From: a virus
Lineage: Duplodnaviria; Heunggongvirae; Uroviricota; Caudoviricetes
Length of the DNA: 25,248 nt
IMG/VR virus record: IMGVR_UViG_2700989400_000006
Span: 1 to 25,248 of that record
Reading direction: 5' to 3' (one strand)
This document shows, piece by piece, positions 1 through 6,827 of this stretch. How positions within the stretch are numbered: the stretch's first letter is position 1; every line of letters starts with the position of its first letter. Below the pieces are notes generated by a model, which was not told the DNA's origin, made no database searches, and was given only the letters and a program-made list of their open reading frames with translations. The position numbers and the translations under genes were made by a program.

Positions 1-1344
1 TGCACCATTCCGGCGGGTATAGGTTTTATTGATGGCCTCATCCACACGCAGCAGCGTCTGTTCATCGTCGTGGCGACCCATAATAATCTGCCGGTCAATC
101 AGCCAACTTTCCTCACCCGGCCCCCATCCCCATACGCGCATTTCGTAGCGGTCCAGCTGGGAGTCGATACCGGCGGTCAGGTAAGCCACACGGTCAGGAA
201 CGGGCGCTGAATAATGCTCTTTCCGCTCTGCCATCACTTCAGCATCCGGACGTTCGCCAATTTTCGCCTCCCACGTCTCACCGAGCGTGGTGTTTACGAA
301 GGTTTTACGTTTTCCCGTATCCCCTTTCGTTTTCATCCAGTCTTTGACAATCTGCACCCAAGTGGTGAACGGGCTGTACGCCGTCCAGATGTGAAAGGTC
401 ACGCTGTCCGGCGGCTCAATCTCTTCACCGGATGACGAAAACCAGAGAATGCCATCACGGGTCCAGATCCCGGTCTTTTCGCAGATATAACGGGCATCAG
501 TAAAGTCCAGCTCCTGCTGACGGATGACGCAGGCATTATGCTCGCAGAGATAAAACACGCTGGAGGGATCATCCGGCGTCCATTTGAGGCCAAACGGCGT
601 CTCTTTATCGCCAAATTTAAGGTACTGCTCCTCCCCGCAGTGCGGGCAGGCAACATGAAAACGCATAAAATGCGGGGATTCACTGGCTGCACGCTCAATC
701 TGGCAGGTGCCTCTCACTTTGGGGGTGGAGCCACGGATGGACTTTGGCCAGACCGAGCCTTCAATACGTTTGTCGCCAAGGAACGTCGGAGAGCCTTCCT
801 GTTCAATATCCTCATCAAAGGCAGCAAGTTCATCATAACCCGCCACATCCACCGACTTTTCACGGTAGTTTTTTGCCGCTTTACCGCCCAGGCACCAGAA
901 GCCACGACCATTGGAAAAACGCTTCATGGTGAGCGTGTTATCCCGGTGCTTTTTGCCATACCACGGAGCCAGCGCCAGCAGCAACGGAATATCGCGGATG
1001 GTCGGCTCAACGTGGGTTTTCATAAAGTTCTCGGCATCACCATCCGTCGGCAACCAGATAAGTGTGTTGCGCTGCTTATGCTCTATGAAGTAGGCATAAA
1101 CACCCAACAGCATTTTGGAATAACCAACACGGGCAGACTTCACCACATTCACCTCGCGGATGTAGTCGCTGCCCATCGCATTCATGATGGCCCGCTGAAA
1201 GGGCAGTGTTTCCCAGCGCCCTTCCTGGTATGCGGATTCTTTCGGGAGATAGTAATTAGCATCCGCCCATTCAACGGGGGTCATTGGCAATGGTCTTTTC
1301 AGGACTGAGAGACCCGCCTTCACTGCCAATACGAAATTATTCAT
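1..1344 (-). CDS. A: Terminase large subunit (lambda gpA-like), first 448 codons; the 3' end runs off the left edge of the window
   Basis: It is absent from the ORF track because it has no stop codon in the window. Hand translation of the reverse complement from ATG 1344 gives MNNFVLAVKAGLSVLKRPLPMTPVEWADANYYLPKESAYQEGRWETLP... The codons at the window edge read ...DEQTLLRVDEAINKTYTRRNGA. From about residue 22 on, this matches lambda gpA as I remember it almost residue for residue. 1344 nt is 448 codons in frame. The + strand ORF 538..1308 is its shadow. Confidence 0.95.
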   Translation of the reverse strand, partial: MNNFVLAVKAGLSVLKRPLPMTPVEWADANYYLPKESAYQEGRWETLPFQRAIMNAMGSDYIREVNVVKSARVGYSKMLLGVYAYFIEHKQRNTLIWLPTDGDAENFMKTHVEPTIRDIPLLLALAPWYGKKHRDNTLTMKRFSNGRGFWCLGGKAAKNYREKSVDVAGYDELAAFDEDIEQEGSPTFLGDKRIEGSVWPKSIRGSTPKVRGTCQIERAASESPHFMRFHVACPHCGEEQYLKFGDKETPFGLKWTPDDPSSVFYLCEHNACVIRQQELDFTDARYICEKTGIWTRDGILWFSSSGEEIEPPDSVTFHIWTAYSPFTTWVQIVKDWMKTKGDTGKRKTFVNTTLGETWEAKIGERPDAEVMAERKEHYSAPVPDRVAYLTAGIDSQLDRYEMRVWGWGPGEESWLIDRQIIMGRHDDEQTLLRVDEAINKTYTRRNGA

Positions 1345-1843
1345 CTGTATTTCTGTAATACTCATCCGCAAATTCCTTCATTTTTTCAGCGGACTCAACG
1401 CATTTATTAGCCCCCTTCGCAACCAGCTCTTTTAGATAAGCCAATTGTCTGCCTGTCAATTCAGGGAATTTTCTTTGCATCGAAAGCGGAATACTGTCCA
1501 AAACAGATGCCAGTTCTCCGGATAACCGGGACAGGGCAAAAATAGAGAAAGCTGTATCAATCACCTTATGCTCTGCAACCTGGTTTTTTAACCGCTGAGC
1601 AATAGCCTGTTCTTCCGTCAGGTTAACCCTGGCCTGAAGTAGCCTTTCCTCAAGATCATTTTCACCACCTGAAGATTTCTGGTTTTGTTGACGTCGCTCG
1701 CGATCTATCTCCAGTACAGTTTTAACGTCATAGAAAACCTCTCTCCCCCGGCGCTCAACAGGAGGAACACCCCATTTATCAAATGCCTGTACTGAGATAC
1801 CGATGGAGGAGGCCATGTCGCTTTTATTCAATAAAAAGGCCAC
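1337..1843 (-). CDS. Terminase small subunit (Nu1-like), divergent from lambda Nu1
   Basis: This is track ORF 1337..1867. It aligns by eye with lambda Nu1: LNKSDMASSIGISVQAFDKWGVPPV versus VNKKQLADIFGASIRTIQNWQEQGMPV, and VIDTAFSIFALSRLSGELASVLDSIPLSMQRKFPEL versus VVETAFCTFVLSRIAGEIASILDGLPLSVQRRFPEL. Its stop overlaps the A start (ATGAATAA). I chose GTG 1843 as the start because GGAGG lies 4 nt upstream. TTG 1831 and ATG 1816 are alternatives. Confidence 0.85.
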   Translation of the reverse strand: MAFLLNKSDMASSIGISVQAFDKWGVPPVERRGREVFYDVKTVLEIDRERRQQNQKSSGGENDLEERLLQARVNLTEEQAIAQRLKNQVAEHKVIDTAFSIFALSRLSGELASVLDSIPLSMQRKFPELTGRQLAYLKELVAKGANKCVESAEKMKEFADEYYRNTDE

Positions 1844-2048
1844 AGCCCCTCCATAAACCACCGGCAAAAAAGCAATACAACAACCACGTTTTTTGTAAAA
1901 CCCTCTGATTTTACATGCTTTTTCGTATAAGAAAGATCATCAGGTTGTTGTGTTTATTTTTCTTTCTTATTACTTATCAAGTAGATATATCAAACGATAA
2001 AACAACAACCATCACCTCAAAAAAACTCGTAAATAGCGAAAACCCGCG

Positions 2049-2060
2049 AGGTCGCCGCCC
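2049..2060 (-). other. cosN cohesive-end sequence (lambda type); the cosB region lies between it and the Nu1-like gene (about 1868..2048)
   Basis: The reverse complement of 2018..2090 reads gggtcctttccggtgatccggcaggctacg GGGCGGCGACCT cgcgggttttcgctattta. The 12-mer equals the lambda cohesive end. The next 19 nt equal the start of the lambda genome, and the 30 nt before it nearly equal the lambda right end as I remember it. The sequence diverges from lambda after that point, toward Nu1. Confidence 0.9.
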
Positions 2061-2620
2061 CGTAGCCTGCCGGATCACCGGAAAGGACCCGCAAAACCGA
2101 GAATAAGTATCAATACTATTTGTGATTTGAATGATGCACATCATTGAAACGCCATTCATCCATATACCAGCAGCAGTCGGTGTTGCACTTCGTAACTCTG
2201 TGACTACGGTTATAAAAGCATTGGCAACTTTTGCCACCGGCAAGTCTTCAATGGATTTCCCCTGCCGGTTTTTTATTTTCGTCGATGCATAACATTGCAT
2301 TTACATCAATAGCAGCTATTGTCATTAGTATGTTGCATCGATGCATGGGTGGTATTGGCGGTCTTCGCCGACCGGTTCTGTGTAGCTCCCTATGACCGGT
2401 TTTTTATTTCTAAGATTACAGAAGCCCTTCACTGTATGAAGGGCTTATGTAACTCTTCTTACTTAGTAATTTTCGCACCTTCCGGTATTTCCATGAGTTG
2501 AGAAAACCTCATACTATCCGACAATAATCATCAATATACGATAAAGACATCTGACCAGATTGCAGTATTAAAAGCACTCATGCAGACTACGCCCCTCATA
2601 TCATATACAAGGGGATACTG

Positions 2621-3031
2621 ATGGCTCAGGTTGCCATTTTTAAAGAAATATTTGATCAAGTGCGGAAAGATTTAAACTGTGACCGGTTTTACTCTGAACT
2701 AAAACGCCACAATGTCTCACATTACATTTACTATTTAGCCACAGGTAATATTCACATTGTATTTGAGAGCGATAACACGGTGTTAATAAAAGGTTTCCAT
2801 GATGTTATTCATGTTAGCTTTTGCAGAGACACGCGACTTATAGAAACTTACCTTCATAAGTTGAAATCAAGAGAAATCACATTTCATGAATACAGGGTAA
2901 ATCTGGCTAAAGCTGGAGTTTTCCGATGGGTTACAAATATCCACGAACACAAAAGATATTACTATACCTTTGACAACTCATTATTGTTTACCGAAAGCAT
3001 CCAGAACACGACTCAAATTTTTCCACGCTAA
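2621..3031 (+). CDS. ybcV: DUF1398 family protein (YbcV/YdfO-like prophage moron)
   Basis: The protein is 136 aa. Long stretches ([73 protein letters not shown]) match E. coli DLP12 YbcV / Qin YdfO as I recall them. GGGG lies 6 nt upstream of the ATG. Confidence 0.85.
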   Translation: MAQVAIFKEIFDQVRKDLNCDRFYSELKRHNVSHYIYYLATGNIHIVFESDNTVLIKGFHDVIHVSFCRDTRLIETYLHKLKSREITFHEYRVNLAKAGVFRWVTNIHEHKRYYYTFDNSLLFTESIQNTTQIFPR

Positions 3032-3255
3032 ACCATAACGTCCGGTTTGATCCGCCTCAGTAGCCGGCACTCCCACACAGGAGTTACCAGTCGGTGCTGT
3101 GGCCATAGTTAATCTGGGTATACAGTAAAGATACAGCACATCTGGCATACTTTAATAAACATTAACAATATGAGATTTCAACTCATTGTTTAGGTTTTGT
3201 TTAAATTTCCACAAATACGATGCACCAAACTTAAAAACACAACGGGAATCACACG

Positions 3256-3549
3256 ATGAAAAAAACGCTACTCACTTTCACACTGGCGCTGCTTATCTCT
3301 GGATGTGCTCAACAGACGTTTACAGTTGAAAACAAACCTACAACAGTAACACCGAAGGAAACCATCACTCATCATTTCTTCGTTTCAGGAATTGGTCAGA
3401 AGAAAACTGTCGATGCAGCCAAAATTTGTGGTGGCGCAGATAAAGTTGTTAAAACTGAAACCCAGCAAACATTCGTAAATGGATTGCTCGGTTTTATTAC
3501 TTTAGGCATTTATACTCCGCTTGAAGCTCGGGTCTATTGCTCACAATAA
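3256..3549 (+). CDS. bor: Bor outer-membrane lipoprotein (serum-resistance moron)
   Basis: The protein is 97 aa with a signal peptide and lipobox LISGC (Cys17). It is near-identical to lambda Bor from memory (GCAQQTFTV.NKP, PKETITHHFFVSGIGQKKTVDAAKICGG, VVKTETQQTFVNGLLGFITLGIYTPLEARVYCSQ). It is oriented opposite to the late genes, as in lambda. Confidence 0.95.
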   Translation: MKKTLLTFTLALLISGCAQQTFTVENKPTTVTPKETITHHFFVSGIGQKKTVDAAKICGGADKVVKTETQQTFVNGLLGFITLGIYTPLEARVYCSQ

Positions 3550-3558
3550 TTACATGCG

Positions 3559-3586
3559 CTGCCCATCAATATGGGCAGTTTTATTT
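3559..3586 (+). terminator. Rho-independent terminator downstream of bor
   Basis: CTGCCCA tcaata TGGGCAG forms a 7-bp stem and is followed by TTTTATTT, 10 nt after the bor stop. Confidence 0.7.
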
Positions 3587-3631
3587 ACACTGTTAACCCC
3601 TTGGTTGTTTCAGCCGCCGGGGTTTTACTTG

Positions 3632-3914
3632 TTATTCACTGGTATGAGTACGACATCTGGCCATTTCATTCCGGGCTTTACTGTCGCCGCGACAGATGCA
3701 ACGCATCGTATCGCCGTTCAGCGTAGTGATATAAGCCTCATCCGTTTTCTCTACCTGCAAACATGAAATATTCCCGTTCCGGCAATACTCAATTTTTGCT
3801 GCCAGATGGGTATTACGCGGGTAAAACTCCATACGATACATATCCCCCCAGGACATGCACTTCCTCAACCTGACGACCATCTTCAGTTACCGTAATCTTT
3901 TTCAGTGCGTACAT
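3632..3914 (-). pseudogene. Hypothetical gene split by a frameshift in a homopolymer (33-codon 5' part plus the 82-aa track ORF)
   Basis: ATG 3914 has a strong SD (GGAGG, 5-nt spacer) and reads MYALKKITVTEDGRQVEEVHVLGGYVSYGVLPA, stopping at 3813. Track ORF 3632..3880 lies in the +1 frame with no SD of its own. The two frames meet at a C6 run at 3844..3849 (G6 on the coding strand). Removing one G would give one ORF of about 94 aa. Confidence 0.35.
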
Positions 3915-3944
3915 ACGTACCTCCGTTCTTTCGTTTTTTGAACA

Positions 3945-3968
3945 ATAAAAAAGCCACCGAAGTGACCT
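3945..3968 (-). terminator. Putative rho-independent terminator after the endolysin gene
   Basis: The minus strand reads GGTCAC ttcg GTGGC followed by TTTTTTATT. The stem is 5-6 bp including G-U pairs, with a UUCG loop. It starts about 12 nt after the endolysin stop. Confidence 0.55.
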
Positions 3969-3979
3969 TTTCGATGAGT

Positions 3980-4525
3980 TTATAAACCAACGCGCTCTTT
4001 CATCCAGCCATAGACAAACGACTCGTTAGCCTCGCGTTTCTCGGCCAGCGCCAGATAACGCTCACCCTGCGTACAGTTCAGGGCTTTCACCAGTACCAGT
4101 TCGCCATCCCTGCCGCGATTTTTCAGATAAGAACGTAACGCATTAATGGTTCGCGGCCCGATCCCCCCGTCTGTAACTATGTCCGGATACAGCATTCCCT
4201 TCTGATTAAACACATTCAGCCAGCGCTGAAGCATTTTTGTGGCTACCGACGGCCCCATGTTTACCCCGGTATCACACAGTTCTGCAGCAATATCAGGAGA
4301 CAGGTTTGCCACCTGGTCAAAACGAGGTCCATACCAATAGTCTGCCTCAAGGATTTCCAGAGCCTGCCCGCGGCTCAAATCACGCATATCACCACGGTAA
4401 CCATGCGCGCGCGCCACTTTTTCAGTAATTCCCCACTTCGTCGCTCCGCCTGTATCGTCAGGATGACTGACATACCCCCCCTCTTTTCCGAGGATTTCAT
4501 CAAAAATTTCATCTCTCGATTTCAT
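3980..4525 (-). CDS. Endolysin, glycoside hydrolase family 108-like N-terminal domain plus a C-terminal peptidoglycan-binding-like domain
   Basis: The N-terminal motif DEILGKEGGYVSHPDDTGGATKWGIT is the pattern I associate with GH108 phage muramidases. The gene lies directly after two holin-like genes. I chose ATG 4525 (MKSRDEIF...). The track start GTG 4534 is an alternative. Confidence 0.85.
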   Translation of the reverse strand: MKSRDEIFDEILGKEGGYVSHPDDTGGATKWGITEKVARAHGYRGDMRDLSRGQALEILEADYWYGPRFDQVANLSPDIAAELCDTGVNMGPSVATKMLQRWLNVFNQKGMLYPDIVTDGGIGPRTINALRSYLKNRGRDGELVLVKALNCTQGERYLALAEKREANESFVYGWMKERVGL

Positions 4526-4526
4526 A

Positions 4527-4805
4527 TCAGCCACTCAGGAAAGCAAAAATTTTTGAAACATTACCGCGCGCACGCACTACCATGACACCAAACACCAGGT
4601 TCAGCATCACTACCAGCCAGTCTGCCGGCAACGGATGACCACAGAGATAACTTAACGGCGTTATCGCATACAACAGCATCAGACACCAGGCGCACCACGA
4701 TATCAGCGGTTTGTGTCGGGACTCTTTTCTGCGGTAGAAAAAAAGCGTCAGTACGATAACCGTACATAACGCCGCATTCAGTAATCCTGGAAGATTATTT
4801 GTCAT
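4527..4805 (-). CDS. Holin-like small membrane protein (92 aa, about 3 TM segments)
   Basis: MTNNLPGLLNAALCTVIVLTLFFYRRKESRHKPLISWCAWCLMLLYAITPLSYLCGHPLPADWLVVMLNLVFGVMVV has three hydrophobic stretches and a charged C-terminus. ATG 4805 is preceded by GGAGGAGG and overlaps the upstream gene by 11 nt. The endolysin gene follows immediately. Confidence 0.7.
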   Translation of the reverse strand: MTNNLPGLLNAALCTVIVLTLFFYRRKESRHKPLISWCAWCLMLLYAITPLSYLCGHPLPADWLVVMLNLVFGVMVVRARGNVSKIFAFLSG

Positions 4806-5187
4806 TACCACCACCTCCTCCACGCTGACGGGAGAACAGACCGGATACCAGTGATGTAATCTCCTGCTGGTGGATGAATGACAGGACTTTTACTGAGAGC
4901 ACCGACACCAGGACCGCACACAACGCATCAACGGAAGCACTGTTAAACCCAATACGTTCCGCCATGTAACCGGCCACACCACGGGCCCCAAGCACACCAA
5001 CAATAAAGGACACCAGAAAATGTGCAGCCACACGCCAGGCTGAAAGTGTCTGCGGCATTGTTGCCACAAATAACGCACCAGCGAACGCACCAAATACAAT
5101 CCCGAAATCCGTCCCGGTAAACAGCCCGAATACCGTCGCCCCGCCGAGCGCCACAGCAGTGCCGGAACCGGATAAGGGTTCAGACAT
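4795..5187 (-). CDS. Holin-like membrane protein (130 aa, about 4 Gly/Ala-rich TM segments, Gly5 tail)
   Basis: ATG 5187 (MSEPLSGSG...) has GGAGA 7 nt upstream. The sequence contains multiple hydrophobic Gly/Ala-rich helices and is the first gene of the holin-holin-endolysin block. Confidence 0.7.
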   Translation of the reverse strand: MSEPLSGSGTAVALGGATVFGLFTGTDFGIVFGAFAGALFVATMPQTLSAWRVAAHFLVSFIVGVLGARGVAGYMAERIGFNSASVDALCAVLVSVLSVKVLSFIHQQEITSLVSGLFSRQRGGGGGNDK

Positions 5188-5272
5188 ATTTATTCTCCTG
5201 TAAATAAAAAGGACCATCAGCGGCCCTAAAAAACTTTATCAAAGGTACCCGCAGATACCTTTTGTAGGCTGT

Positions 5273-5425
5273 TTATTCAGATTTGCGAAGTAAAGGCCAG
5301 AGTAAGACCGTTACCATCGCCACCAGCACACCATCAGCCAGTACCGACATCAGCCATCCAGTGAAATCCACTGCCACTACCAGAAACAACAGGATGGCAG
5401 CCAGCACAAGGCCCGCACTTTTCAC
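5273..5425 (-). CDS. Small predicted membrane protein (50 aa), below the ORF-track size cut-off
   Basis: Hand translation gives VKSAGLVLAAILLFLVVAVDFTGWLMSVLADGVLVAMVTVLLWPLLRKSE, with two hydrophobic helices. The GTG start overlaps the TGA of the TerB-like gene (GTGA), which suggests translational coupling. Confidence 0.45.
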   Translation of the reverse strand: MKSAGLVLAAILLFLVVAVDFTGWLMSVLADGVLVAMVTVLLWPLLRKSE

Positions 5426-5847
5426 AGATACTGCTCCAGTGGTAACTGAAGCGCCTGTGCAATTTTCTTGAGCTGCGCTTCTTCATCCGGACCAATGCCA
5501 TCCTGATCAGCGATATCCAGACAGAGGCAAAGCACGTCAACCGCCTCAGTTGTCCCCGCCACATCAGCCAGCTCACGCAATGCATGCGCATTCGCACTAC
5601 GCGGTGACGCTTCATAACGGGCGCGGATATTGGCGCTCATCTGGGCAATCTCACCAGAGAACGGTGCAAAAGCAGGAAGCGCAGCAATAGTTTTCTCCAG
5701 TACTGCGATTTCTTTCGCATCGCAGGTGCCGTCGGCATATGCAATGGAATATGCGCCCCAGACGGTCGCCTCCACCGCATCACGGTTCTCCATCTTCTTC
5801 ACTTCTGTGATGGCCTTGCGGGTTTTCTTTTTGAAAATACCTAACAT
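5422..5847 (-). CDS. TerB-domain (tellurite-resistance TerB-like) protein
   Basis: The protein is 141 aa and helical. It has the duplicated acidic ADG/DxDG...E motifs (YADGTCDAKEIAVLE and IADQDGIGPDEEAQL) that I associate with the TerB fold. Confidence 0.7.
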   Translation of the reverse strand: MLGIFKKKTRKAITEVKKMENRDAVEATVWGAYSIAYADGTCDAKEIAVLEKTIAALPAFAPFSGEIAQMSANIRARYEASPRSANAHALRELADVAGTTEAVDVLCLCLDIADQDGIGPDEEAQLKKIAQALQLPLEQYL

Positions 5848-5981
5848 CGTGACTTTTCCTTTGCGTAGACGAGCCTGCGCCAGATGGTTACCAGTCCACA
5901 GTGAAAGTCACACTGACAATCCCGTAAGCACCTCCTGAAAGGCTCTGTGTTTTTGATGTGCGCCAGGTGTGGCTCAGATAC

Positions 5982-6005
5982 AAAAAAAGCTCGCCGTAGC
6001 GAGCT
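5982..6005 (-). terminator. Strong rho-independent terminator inside the late transcription unit
   Basis: The minus strand reads AGCTCGC tacg GCGAGCT, a perfect 7-bp stem, followed by TTTTTTT. It lies 24 nt after the stop of ORF 6029..6307. Confidence 0.8.
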
Positions 6006-6028
6006 AACAGAAAATATGAAGCATGTTT

Positions 6029-6307
6029 TTATCCACGAAGTATGACGTTGAATTCATCCATACCGACACGGCTGGCTATCTCGTTGTATTCCTCAACAAG
6101 AGCCAGCAATTCTGAATTAGCAGCCATGAACTCTTCAAAAACCTTATGGATGGCATCACTGTTTAATAAAACAATGTTCTTTCCTGAAAGGCGATCAGGG
6201 GTAGAAAATATAACTGTCAAACGACTAAAGGCCCTGGCTCGTTCAGCATTAACATCCTCAATACGCTGCAACAAGCTGGAGCACCTGGAAATATCATCAA
6301 TATTCAC
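6029..6307 (-). CDS. Hypothetical protein (92 aa, helical/coiled-coil-like)
   Basis: This is a track ORF. GTG 6307 has AGGAG 4 nt upstream, and a terminator follows. I recognise no family. Confidence 0.5.
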   Translation of the reverse strand: MNIDDISRCSSLLQRIEDVNAERARAFSRLTVIFSTPDRLSGKNIVLLNSDAIHKVFEEFMAANSELLALVEEYNEIASRVGMDEFNVILRG

Positions 6308-6827
6308 TCTACTCCTGTCATCTGGATGATAATCATTTCACGGAGAGAAGCACTCAGAAGTACCACTGAAGTATAACTGGTGACCAGCTGCTTACACATC
6401 TGTTGCCATCCTGCTGATGATAAGTCGATATTAACCCTTCTGTCTATAAACGAAACAAAGGATAAGTTCAGGTTTTAAACACACTGCCAGGATAAAGTAT
6501 TGTATACAGTATAGAAGAGCGTTATTGAATGACATAAAAAACCAGACCTAATCCCTTATCCGGAAGATATATCAAATAAACGGGGAAAATGTATTAAGAT
6601 GGCGTTCCTATTCTCTCCATCCCTGATGTCCACGTAACTCGTTATAGAATCAGAACGCCATCTGAATACACAGAAAAAAAGCTGGCTTCACACCCTCCTG
6701 CATGTGTGAACGCAGTGCCCGACCACGTGCTTTCGCAACCAGCGAAAATCAGTTTTAAATACCGAAAAACGATAAGAATATATCAGAACTTCCAAGCATC
6801 CTGCTTGGCTTAGATATTAATCGAGGA

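Noticed and set aside
538-1308. 256-aa + strand ORF, plus the smaller ORFs at 214..435, 399..698, 714..911, 744..932 and 911..1093.
   Set aside because: These are shadow ORFs on or opposite the lambda gpA-like terminase gene (minus strand, 1..1344). The terminase translation matches gpA throughout, and the shadow products have a nonsense-like composition.
1977-2300. 107-aa minus-strand ORF, and the 63-aa + ORF at 1915..2106.
   Set aside because: Both run straight across cosN/cosB, have no SD and have an odd composition. In related phages this region is a cis-acting packaging site.
6308-6827. Searched for tRNA genes, which are common between Q and the lysis genes in lambdoid and Stx phages.
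   Set aside because: I found no GTTCGAATC-type T-arm or cloverleaf-compatible segment by eye on either strand. tRNAscan-SE would be decisive.
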